From the NCBI GenBank assembly GCA_965178125.1, contig OZ237758.1, forward strand, positions 682,001 to 746,000: a stretch of DNA of 64,000 nt, read 5' to 3'. The stretch's first letter is position 1; each line of letters begins with the position of its first letter. The position numbers and the translations under genes are program-made. Of the stretch, positions 51,801-63,100 are shown one piece after another. The notes under the pieces are model-generated. The model was not told the DNA's origin and ran no database searches. It saw only the letters and a program-made list of their open reading frames with translations. Source of the DNA: Bilabrum cf. latius. Lineage: Eukaryota.

Positions 51801-54800
51801 AAGTCTGCCAAAGGGGATTTCTGGAACGATTTACATTAGGCATGGCTTGGATCAGAGGCCTGCCTCACAGTCACAGCCACAAGGAGACGATGACGACATT
51901 TCTCCCAAGTTGGACGGAAGCCAGCGAGTGCGTGTCGTTGGAAGTCTTCGGAGTGATAGCAACAACTGTATTCTGCAGCCGAGTCAGGTTGTGCTGACTG
52001 GCTCGTGGGGCGTGGCGCCGAAGCCAACCCCGCTGCCATGGGCATTAATCCTTGGAGTACTGTGTGCAAGCATGCTTGTGATTGCTCTGGTGTGGTACCT
52101 AGTGACGGCCTATGTCGAGCAGCGTACAGCTGAGGCAGAGGCCATTCGAACCATAAACGCAAAGGTGCAGATGGAGCAAGAACAGAATGAGAGGCACGTG
52201 ACCCGCACCCGGTACGTCCTGCACGAGCTCAAGCAGCCCTTCGCCTCCGTGGTCATGGGCCTGGACCAGATGGACGAGACTCTGGTGGAGCTGCAGCAGC
52301 AGATGGTAGAGAGCCAGCAGCAGGGCGAGGGGTTGGACCAGGCATCCATCGAGGAAGCCCGCGAGGAGATGGAGTCTACTGTGCGCATCATGCGGTCCAG
52401 CAGCGTGGCGATGCACCACATCATCACGGACGTGCTGCTGATGGCTCAGATCGAGGCACAGGGTCTGCAGCTGAAGATGAGGCCTTGCACGCTGGCATCA
52501 TCGATTCGTTCTGCGTTGGTGACGCTGATCCACCAGGCCGAGGAGGGCGGCGTGACGATGCGTCTGTCGTTCTACGACTGCAGGGAGCAGCATGAGCGGA
52601 CCCGGTCGCTAGCTGAGAAGCGAGCGATGCTGGAGAACGGAGAGCTGCCGCCGGAAGCTCTCGAATTTGTGCGTGCCACAAGCACGCGGGATGCAGCTGC
52701 AGGTGTTGAGGAAGATGGCAAGCAGGCCACGCAGGGTCCATCGCTGGTGCAGGTGGCCACTGGTCTGGATGAGGCCTCGGGTACAGAGGGCTCTGAGTCG
52801 CTGAGTGATCGAGAGGATGGGTATGATCGTGTCGATGAGGGCAAAGCAGCGTACGATGACGACGGACTGCAGGGTCTGGAGGAAGTGCCTCCAGTGGTGG
52901 CTGACACACAGAGGCTGGCGCAGTGCGTGAGGAACTACCTGGCCAATGCCATCCGATTTGCCGGATCCGGCAGCAGTATCGACGTGCAGGTGGCGGTGCT
53001 CCGGCCAGTGCAGGCAGCCAGGCTGGCTCGGCGCGCCCCCAAGTCTCTGGACACGAGCAAGGATCCGCCAGAGCCTCCGTTGCGCATCAACCTGTCCCGA
53101 GTGCGAGAGGAGGGCGAGAGCAAGACACAGCAGGTGAGCGCGAAGGCGGGCCGCTTCATCGCCTCGCAGCTGTCGTCGCGTCGACTGGGTCAGCCGCGGA
53201 GGCAGCGGCGGTGGTCCATGACTGGGTTGGTGCTGGGCAAGGACGACACAGGCGGGGAGCAGATGGCGGCTGGTGCAGACTCTGCCGGAGACTCCTGGGC
53301 CTCCCCGCGGCGCACCCGCCGGGCATCGATTGCCACACGTGTGCCAGTCACAGGCCGTGGCGCGAACGGAATGAAGGATCCGCTGAATGGCGATAATGGA
53401 TACCAGCAGACAGGCTCAGTGGATGTGTATCGCCCTACTATGGAAGACGGCCGCCGCACGATCCGGGTGATCGAGGACACGGGCACGATCGTGACGGAGA
53501 GAGCAGAGAGGGACCTGGCTGCCACCAGGAGACGCAGGATGGGCGCGCAGAGCAGGCACAGGGATGATACGTTGCAGAGGTCCACGAGGAGCATACTCAA
53601 GAAGCGAGGCGAGGAGAATGCGATCGGCCATTCTAGCAAGTCATCAGCAGGTATTCTGCTCGGGTAGCGCAGCACAAGTGTGGGGCAAAGCCGTAGTGGC
53701 AGCGAGAGGGAAAAACACCGCGTGGCAACGTCACCCAGTTAGTCAGCGCATGAGTCAACGGCAGGTTCCGTATCCACGCCCAGTAAGACTGATGGATACT
53801 CCGATACTGACTCAGTCAGGTCTATTTCAAGTTCTGGAGAGACTGCATCGGCTCCAACCTGGGAGCAAGCAACGGATCGTGGCTCCAAGAAGTATCATGA
53901 GCCATCTATCGGTGGACAGGATTGCTGTTCTTTCGTCTCCGGGCTCTTGATCTGCGTCTCCAGGTTCTGCGGATGCGGCGAGAGCGGCCGTGCTCGAGCA
54001 AATCAAGTTGCTCCAGAGGAGAACGATCCAATGGCCAGTGGCGGCGCCTTATCCCAGGATGACCACGCGAAGTCATCGCGGCGCCAGTTCCGCAAAGATT
54101 CAAAGGCGACCCGCAGGGCCTGCCGGCTGCAGACCCGCCTGCCCATCCTCATCCGGGTCATCGACCAAGGGCCTGGGGTGTCGAAGTCGGACTCCAAGAA
54201 ACTCTTCCAGCCGTTCCAGCAAGTCAATGCAGCGGCTGACAAGAAGCAGGGCGGCACTGGGCTGGGCCTGGCGCTGGTGCGGTACTTGGCGCGAGAGCAC
54301 AAGGGCATTGCGTGGCTGGAGTGGAGCCGGGAGGGTAAGGGCAGCTGCTTCAGCTTGCTGCTTCCGCTGCGACTGGCTGACGAGCTGCCTGAGGAGGAGC
54401 AGGACGTGCACGGGACAGCGAGGGCCCAGCTGTTTGGCCGGCAGTCCAGAAAGACGGGCCCGCAGCACCTTCATGCAGGCCAGGCAAGCGGATCCAACTA
54501 CGCATCTCTTGGGCTAAGCCAGACAGAGGCGTCCGTGTACGGCATTCGAGGGCTTCGGAGACAGGAGACAAGCGGGATGGCCGCGGGAAGTCCGTTGCGT
54601 GGGTCGACCCGCAGGCTGTCGGGAGGAGCGCGGGAGCCTAGGCTGTCGGAGCAGGGCAAGAGTGTGTCCCGGGTGTTCAAGCTCTAGCAGCAGCACGCGT
54701 AGAAGTAGCAGCAGCAGGAGGAACCGGAGCAACCGGAGCAAACGGAGCAGCAGGAATGGCGAGCAGGAGGCATAGTACTGCAATCGAGCGCACCACAAGG

Positions 54801-55851
54801 ACAGTCAGGATTGGTAGCAGACGCTGATGAGCCGGTTGATATGCAAGGTCTTCTTGCTACCACCACCAGCGACTCGCAAGCTCGTTCCAGTCAACCGAGA
54901 GGAACTTTAAAGCAGCCGGGTCGCGTATCTCAGACTGGCAGTGAAGCATCTAGCGGGGTTGACTCGCAGCTGAGCCATACCACGGGCACAAAAAAGAGGC
55001 GCAAAGTGGTGAAGAGAAAGAAGAAGAGAGACAGCAGCAGGGGCAGCAGCAGCGGATCCACAACCGGCCCCGTCGGTGCTTCAAGCGCGACCGCAAGCAC
55101 GAAAACATTGGGACACGACCAAACGAATGGGAAGAGTGAGAAAAATGCCCAAACGGATGGTCGACAAAGTGAGATCGCAGCAGCAGCTGGGTCTCGCCCA
55201 ATTGCTCTCGTACACGATCTAATTGCAGGTGCCAGTGCGCACCAGCGAAGCGATAGAAAGGCCCGTCGCGAGGAGTTCAAGGGGAAGCGCGTGCTTGTAA
55301 TCGAAGACGATAGGTCCCAGTCCATGTTCCTCACGCGCCAGCTGCAGAAGAGGGGCTTCGAGACGGTCGCGGCGCTCAACGGAGCCGACGCAGTCAAGCT
55401 GCTCGTCCCCCCAGAGCACTTGCCCGAGGACGTGCTCGCCTTCCCGAGCCGGCTGGCAGAGGCCACGAGCACTCCCCAGCGATTCGATCTGGTGACATGC
55501 GACTACACGTTGCCAGGGCTGCTGGGCCCGCAGATTATGGAGCTGCTGCGTTCTGTGGGGCTGCAGCGGGAGCTGCCTGTGATCGGGCTGACTGCAAACG
55601 TGATCGCGCTGGACCTGGAGCGATTCAACGCGAGCGGGGTGGACCGTGTGTGTCACAAGGCGGATGCGACAAAGAAGAGCCAGATCGACCGAGTGCTCGA
55701 TTTCGCGAGGGAGCATCTGCATCCGGGCAGTGGTGGTGCAGCTGTCGCTGCACACGAGAGCGTGGGAGGCGGTATGCCGGCTGTTGGCAGCTCCGCCAGC
55801 GCTGGGGTAGCAACGGGCGGCTCTATCCACCATGATGGCATCGGCTAGTGA
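45808..55851 (+). CDS. Giant membrane hybrid histidine kinase HK3 (same architecture), about 3347 aa with TAG=Gln
   Basis: ATG 45808 (in-frame alternative at 45781). Track ORFs 45853-54811 share one frame. LamG-like GAVQLDG...GFTLQAWIQP; TM WALILGVLCASMLVIALVWYLV; H/N/G boxes; receiver VTCDYTLP. Ends TAG-TGA, with TGA at 55849-55851. Confidence 0.87.
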
Positions 55852-56048
55852 GGAATATCGACTTGTCCTTCAGCCAAAGATCACTTGAAGCTTGCAATGC
55901 ACTGCAATCAAATTTTGCGTGTGAGGTATGCCTGGCTGTACATTGCTGATGACAAAATACACGAACCAAACTTGACACCCCCGAAGACCCCAAACACAGC
56001 CAGCTCTGCACATCAAAGCAACGTTCCAGACCGCCCTGCTCGCCAACC

Positions 56049-57342
56049 TCATAGCTAGGACTTCCACTCCGCGATGTTCTTGTCGAGGCAACTCAGCGGC
56101 ACCGTGCAATCCACCCCCTTGACCTTGTTGAGCTCCTGGTACAGGGGCAGCACGATAGCATTGATGAATCCAAGCTGGAATTTGGGCAACGGGATGGGCT
56201 TGTGGCGGTTGAAAATGGGAGTCACAGGGAGGTTGGCCTCGGCCTCCTTGTCCCCCTGGTCGTAAAACTCGGCGATCACGCGCTCCGTCCACTTGATGTA
56301 CAAGTCCCAGGGCTTGGCCGGGTTGCTGACGTCTGCCGCGTGAAGGGCCAGGAGCATCACCAGCTGCTGCACCTCGGGGTCAGCCTTCACGTCCAGCCCG
56401 ATGCCGGCAGAACTGCCCCTCCTAGAGGCGAGCATGGACCGCCTCCTCGACTTGGTGCCTGCTCCCACCTTGGGTGGGCTCGATCCGCCCGCCTTGCCGC
56501 CGCCTGCCCGCGCGGCATCACTTGCGGATGCACCACCCTTGGCTGGGGTTGGGGATGCCGGCGCACTGGCAGCGAGCGAGGCTGCCTTGTCCGCCTGGGC
56601 CGCCTCCAGCTTGCTGGTGAGCCTCCCGAGGTTCTTGAAGTGGAGGGCGTTATCCGTGCCCAGAATGAGCGCGATCATGTCCTTCCTGACGGAGCTCCTG
56701 TCCACACCAGACAGCGAGCTCAGCACGTCGTGCCCAGGCTTGCGCATCGTCGCGAAAGCAGTGGCAGCGTGCATGTTCTCCAATGGACTCTGGTCGTTGT
56801 AACGGATCGCCAGGGGGTGCTGGGTTGCGACCAAGAAGGCGTTGTTCACACCAACGTGGCCCGCGTCATGCGCCACCGCAGAGAGGACCATGGCCAGGCG
56901 CTGCGTGTCAGACATCCAACCCTGCATGCCGCCGCCTGACGTAGATATGAGGAAGTGACAGGACTGAGTGACGTCAGCCACATGTGTCCTGGTGTGGTAC
57001 AGGTTGTCCTTGTACGTGTTCTCGATGGCGAGCACCCATTGCGCCGCGTGCTGCCTGTCCAGGTTCAGCCTGAGCGGGAGTGCTTGACGATTCAAGACCC
57101 GCTGGGCCACGATGCTGAGTATGCGGGCCGGTGCAAACTCGGCCGCGGCAAACACGTTGAAGTCCCACCGATCGATGTCGTTGAGCAGCTTGCCCAGCAT
57201 ATCGGCCTGTGACATGGAGCCCAGCCTCTCCTAGCTCCTGCCGAATACGGAAAAGGTGGGGCAGCTCGCAGATCGAATCAGCTGAGCAGGGACTGGGGCC
57301 TCATCTGTCTGCGTCTTCGGCTGGACCACCTGCTCATCGGGT

Positions 57343-57373
<31 letters not shown>

Positions 57374-59051
57374 CAGTAGAAGCAGCCTCTGCGCCCACAG
57401 CTGCGGCTCCGCCCGCGCCACTGCTTGCTACAAGCGTCGCGGCGGGGGAAGATTGTCCTGTTCCCTGAGACTGTGTTCCCTAGCTCGCCCGTTGATCAGC
57501 CGGCCGGATGCCAAGCTTGACAGCAGAGGGCGGGAGGGGCAGCTGCCGCATTGACATGGACATGGCAGGCATGCTGCCCTTGAGCCCCTCGCGACCTGCT
57601 CCCTCCTTCCTGCTGGCGCCCTTACGAGAAAGCCAAGCCCCTTTCTGCACCTGCTGGTGACCCGCCGCAGCTGCGTGCTGCCTGGGCAAGCCCACTGTGG
57701 CATCTGCGGTTCTCGATCTTCGCCTCTCGACCTGCAATTCGTCCACATTGTCCACCCCAATCCCCCCCTCACCAGCGTCCCCCGGGAACTCCTGACCGGA
57801 CTAACCTGCATTCCCCGCGCGACCGATCCCCGCAACCCCAAACCCAGTTGCCGAGTCTTCAGCTCCTCTCCTGCTCCAATCAGGCCCCTACCCCTGGCCC
57901 TTGCCCTTGCCCTTGCCGCTCGATCGAGAACCCACAGCTCCGGCAACACCGGGATCGGACGGTGCTGCAGAGACGGAGGCAAGAGGCGGCGGCCCTATTC
58001 CCGTGGCTGCGATCACGTCAGACTCTCTCGGGGGCCCGTCTTCTTGTTCCACCCCGGCTGGCCGTTCGGAGCCACCATCCGGCGCCGCGCCGTCGCCGGC
58101 AGCGGAACCTAGCGCGTCCTTCGCGGCGGCGGGTTGGATGTCACCTGCCGACAGAGAGCCCGCGTGCCTGGATCCAAATGCCCTCGTCGTGCCCCTGGCA
58201 GATCCAGGCGCCTTTGCATACCCGCCCAGCGGCGCCCTGAGACCGCCCGCGGCAGCGAGAGCTCTGACTGTCCTCTGCTTCTGCGAGGTTCCGAAGGAAC
58301 CCACGGCGCCGTGGTGGGGGATGTACTGCGCCATGAGGTAGGATTTGACCTCCGGGTCGTCAAACACGTCTGGATTATGCACGAAGTGCTGCGTCATCGC
58401 ATGTTCGAACGTTCCCTGGTCTGCAGCGCCGTACGCGACCCCCTGCACGATGTTGGTCAGAATATCGAGGTCCTCCAACCCGATCTCGGCCTTGCCTCCG
58501 GTCAGCGCCGCAATATTGCGAAGTCTCCTTAGCATTGATACGGCTGCGACTGCATCTGACCCGGAAGCGTCGTCCTGATCATCCGAGAGCCCGTCGTGAA
58601 GGTACGAATCAGAATCAGAATCGCTCGTATCGGGAGACGGGCGGGCGCCGCTGCTTGAGGCTCCAGACGCAGCCGCATTAGATGGTGCGGCTGCATCACT
58701 TCGACCAACTCTTCGTTTTGAGGGATGCCGCGATGACTGTGTGACAGATCCGGATGCCAAACCGACCTTTCGTGCCAGCTCGCTGGCAACCAAGAGGAGG
58801 TCTCTTTCTGGAACAGAGGCGGTCCTCCGCCTCATTCCTCTTGCTGCCACATCAGCAGCTTCCGATGCAACCATGCGAAATGACTCTTTCGAGCCGGCTG
58901 CTTGGCTGTCACCAGACGTGGATGGCGTGCCTATGGCTGTCGTAGTCCGAACCGGGGGATTCGGCCGCTAAGGGGGTACCGGCGGCGGCTACACCCCAAC
59001 ACTTGACCCTATGGACGCCTTCGCAGCTTGTTTTCCGGCAGTTCCTGACAT
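56049..59051 (-). CDS. Class I cyclic-nucleotide phosphodiesterase with a long low-complexity N-terminus, 1000 aa with TAG=Gln
   Basis: PDEase_I motifs YHTRTHVADV, HDAGHVGVNNAF, LENMH, ILGTD, LHAADVSNPAKPW, EFYDQGD, FQLGFI. Track ORFs 57888, 57480 and 56055 are one frame joined by TAG. TGA 56049-56051. Confidence 0.9.
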
Positions 59052-59318
59052 AGTAGCGACAAGGTCTGCTGCAGCTGTGGGTCAAGTGGACCAAATAAGC
59101 TTACTCAGCTTACAATTGAAGTCTACCCCGCGCTTCAGGTGAGCTCAAATGGTTAGTTACAGATGTATACGAAACTAACAGACCAATTGTGCCGTGATTA
59201 TGTCGTAGAGGGCGAGAGGGTGCACAGCACCGAAAAAAAGTATTTCTGTATAAAAACACGGTACAATAAAATTATGGATTTCTGGCCACCGCGAACTACA
59301 TTTGCCCAACTCAAGACA

Positions 59319-59971
59319 ATGGCAGCAGCGGCCGGTGGGCGGGATGATGCAAGGGGGGAATCTGATGATGTGGAGCTCATGTCTAAGCAGGTGACTGCTG
59401 AGTCCAAGCGTATCTATTTGAACTTGCGCCAGAATCCGAGGGGCCGGTACTTGAAGGTGCGTATATTGGATCCTTTGCAGCATGCGCTGTTGGCTGCGTC
59501 CATCTTTCAGCTATTATATGCTCTATGAAGAATATTCCCGCTATTGTTGTTGCTGTACGTGCGCAGATCGCTGAGGTGAGCCGCAGCGGACGAAGCACCG
59601 TGATCATCCCGGAGAGCGGATGGATCGCATTCCGTGACCAGCTGAACGGCTTCATCTCTGGAAGTCACCAAACGTCTGCCGGAATCAAGCCTGCACCAGC
59701 CCCGGTACCGAGGGAGGAGAGTTCCAGCGGGCAGCAGGTTTGGGTTGAGAACCTGCCGTGGTCCACGACCTCGGAGGAGCTTGCGGCTTACTTCAAGCAG
59801 TGCGGCACCGTGGAGCACTGCGAAATCAACACAGAGCGCAGTGGAAGGTCCCGCGGCACCGCTGTGGTCCGTTTTTCGGACTCCAAGGGCGCCGATGAGG
59901 CAATCGCAAAGCTGCATGATACTGAGGTGGAGGACCGCCGCATCAGGGTGCGTCTGGACCGCTTCGGCTAA
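59319..59971 (+). CDS. Nucleic-acid-binding protein: single PUR (Pur-alpha) repeat plus RRM; 1 intron
   Basis: ELMSKQVTAESKRIYLNLRQNPRGRYLK|IAEVSRSGRSTVIIPESGWIAFRDQL matches a PUR repeat across intron 59457-59566. RRM VWVENLPW...GRSRGTAVVRF. Ends TAA 59969-59971. Confidence 0.85.
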
Positions 59972-60113
59972 GCTATTATCTGCCGTTTTTGGGGCAGTTT
60001 ATGCGTTGAAGCCGATTGTGAATGGAGTCGTACTTAAGGCTGCAGAGATTCGGTTTGCGATTAGGCCTAGCATAGATATAGGCTTCGACATGTCAAATTG
60101 CCTTCCAAAAAAT

Positions 60114-63100
60114 TCACGCCATTCCACCTACTGGCTGTGCTCTCCTGAACTCATCTGCTGATTTCCCAGCTGGCCCAGCCATAGGTGCGCCCGAAGCGAC
60201 TCCGCCGGAAGCAACATCTCGCCTGAGCCTGAGATGCTCCCTCGCGAAATCGAGCACTCGGTCGATCTGGCTCTTCTTTGTCGCATCCGCCTTGTGACAA
60301 ACACGGTCCACCCCGCTCGCGTTGAATCGCTCCAGGTCCAGTGCGATCACGTTTGCAGTCAGCCCGATCACAGGCAGCTCCCGCTGCAGCCCCACAGAAC
60401 GCAGCAGCTCCATAATCTGTGGGCCCAGCAGCCCAGGCAACGTGTAGTCGCATGTCACCAGATCGAATCGCTGGGGAGTGCTCGTGGCCTCTGCCAGCCG
60501 GCTCGGGAAGGCGAGCACGTCCTCGGGCAAGTGCTCCGAGGGGACGAGCAGCTTCACGGCGTCGGCTCCGTTGAGCGCCGCGACCGTCTCGAAGCCCCTC
60601 TTCTGCAGCTGGCGCGTGAGAAACATGGACTGGGACCTGTCGTCTTCGATCACAAGCACGCGCTTCCCCTTGAACTCATCGCGACGGGCCTTCCGGTTGC
60701 TCCTAGACACAGACTCAGACACTGGGGGCCTGCTGCTACACGCGTGCTTGGCTTGCTGCTAGCCGTCGGCGCTGTCATCCGTGTCTTTGCTGGCAGGGGA
60801 CATCGATCGCGCAAACATGGAAGATTTGCTCATTGATCTGCCGCTTGACGTGCCCCTGCCTCGTGGAGGGGAGTGTTTCGTCGCAAAGATGCCCCGCAAA
60901 GTGCTGGCCCCGCTCAGCGACCCAACCGAGTCCGACGTGTGGACGCGAGGACCAGGAGACGACGGCACAGGCAAAGCGGCTGGACGTGCGCTGTTCTCAT
61001 CAGGGTGACGCGCACCACTCACGACAGTGCGATCAACGCTCTTGGTAGTGCGACCCAGGAGTGCGCGAGGCGAAGAATCTGCGGGGCTGCCAGCCAGTGC
61101 CTATTTCGTTGCAGCGGTTGTACCATCCTGGCACTCCCTGCCTCGCTTCCGCACAACCCTCCGCTTCTTCTTCAAGCCCTCACCCAGCTGTCCCGGTGGC
61201 GATGGCTTGGAGTCTCTTCGATCAATAGAGCCGTTGCTATCGCCTTCAGGGCGCTCCCAAGGCTCATCTTCTTTTTGTTCACCTGGTGTCGTTGCCGGAC
61301 TGTCCCCAGCAGTGTCAGTCATAGGTGCTGGGCCAGGGCTTGCTGCTGCAGCGATTGCAGACGAACGGCTAGTACTCTGGTCATCTTCGTGCTGCTGCTG
61401 CTGCTGCTCCTGCTGCCTCCTCTACGCGTGCTGCTGCTAGAGCTTGAACACCCGGGACACACTCTTGCCCTGCTCCGACAGCCTAGGCGCCCGCACTCCT
61501 CCCGACAGCCTGCGGGTCGACCCACGCAACGGACTTCCCGCGGCCATCCCGCTTGTCTCCTGTCTCCGAAGCCCTCGAATGCCGTACACGGATGCCTCTG
61601 TCTGGCTTAGCCCAAGAGATGCGTAGTTGGATCCGCTTGCCTGGCCTGCATGAAGGTGCTGCGGGCCCGTCTTTCTGGACTGCCGGCCAAACAGCTGGGC
61701 CCTCGCTGTCCCATGCACGTCCTCCTCCTCCTCCGGCAGCTCGTCTGCCAGTCGCAGCGGAAGCAGCAAGCTGAAGCAGCTGCCCTTACCCTCCCGGCTC
61801 CACTCCAGCCACGCAATGCCCTTGTGCTCTCGCGCCAAGTACCGCACCAGCGCCAGGCCCAGCCCAGTGCCGCCCTGCTTCTTGTCAGCCGCTGCATTGA
61901 CTTGCTGGAACGGCTGGAAGAGCTTCTTGGAGTCCGACTTCGACACCCCAGGCCCTTGGTCGATGACCCGGATGAGGATGGGCAGTCGGGTCTGCAGCCG
62001 GCAGGCCCGCCGTGCAGCACTCGCATCCTTCCGGAACTGCCTTCGCTGCTCCTTGGCAGGATCTTTGGGCTAGTTCTGCTCCTTCTACTTGGGCTCACTT
62101 TTCTCCGGTGCCACCTTGCTTGACTTCTCCGAGCAGCAACAGGAGCAGCACAGCATCGACAGCAAGCAGGATGTCCAGCCCAAGTTCGGCTGGCTGTCTT
62201 CGTCATCATCATTGTAGGTCTAGTGAATGTCCAAGGCACTCCCAGCGCTGTCATTCATGCCCGAGTTGCTGGAATCGCTGGATATGAAGGCGTCAACACC
62301 AGCACCAGCAGTAGAGGCTACAGTGTCCATTTGAGGAGTGGGGGCGTTCAGGGCATCGTGACGGCTGCCTGCCCTCGGACTTGCCTGCACTGGCCAAGCA
62401 CCGCGGGTCGAAGCATCGCGATTGGAATCCGCTCCAGGTCCCTTCTTGAGTATGCTCCTCGTGGACCTCTGCAACGTATCATCCCTGTGCCTGCTCTGCG
62501 CGCTCATCCTACGTCTCCTGGTGGCAGCCAGGTCCCTCTCTGCTCTCTCCGTCACGATCGTGCCCGTGTCCTCGATCACCCGGATCGTGCGGCGGCCGTC
62601 TGCCACAGTGGGCCTATAGGTGGCGCTACCACCCTCAGCTTCACCCCCCTCGTTCGATGTGGTAGACCCTTGCCTCGTGAGACTCATGGAACTTTGTGGA
62701 GCAGGCGCATTGGGTGCACTTGGCTAGCCAGACCCACTATCGCCGTTCAACGGATCCTTCATTCCGTTTGCGTCACGGCCTGCGACTGGCACACTCGTGG
62801 CAATCGATGCCCGGCGGGTGCGCCGCGGGGAGGCCCAAGAGTCTCCGGCAGAGTCTGCACCAGCCGCCATCTGCTCCCCGCCTGCGTCGTCCTTGCCCAG
62901 CACCAGCCCAGTCATGGACCAACGCCGCTGCCTCCTCGGCTGACCCAGTCGACGCGACGACAGCTGCGAGGCGATGAAGCGGCCCGCCTTCGCGCTCACC
63001 TGCTGCGTCTTGCCCTCGCCCTCCTCTCGCACTCGGGACAGGTTGATGCGCAACGGAGGCTCAGGCGGATCCTTGCTCGCGTCCAGAGACTTGGGGGCGC

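Noticed and set aside
24239-55851. Interpreting the fragmented kinase and other ORFs as pseudogenes
   Set aside because: Interruptions are only TAG, with no TAA, TGA or frameshift seen over about 10 kb each. Catalytic residues are intact and conserved housekeeping-type genes show the same pattern.
57343-57380. (GCA)n microsatellite and similar short triplet runs
   Set aside because: It encodes a poly-Ala linker in the PDE; ordinary coding low complexity.
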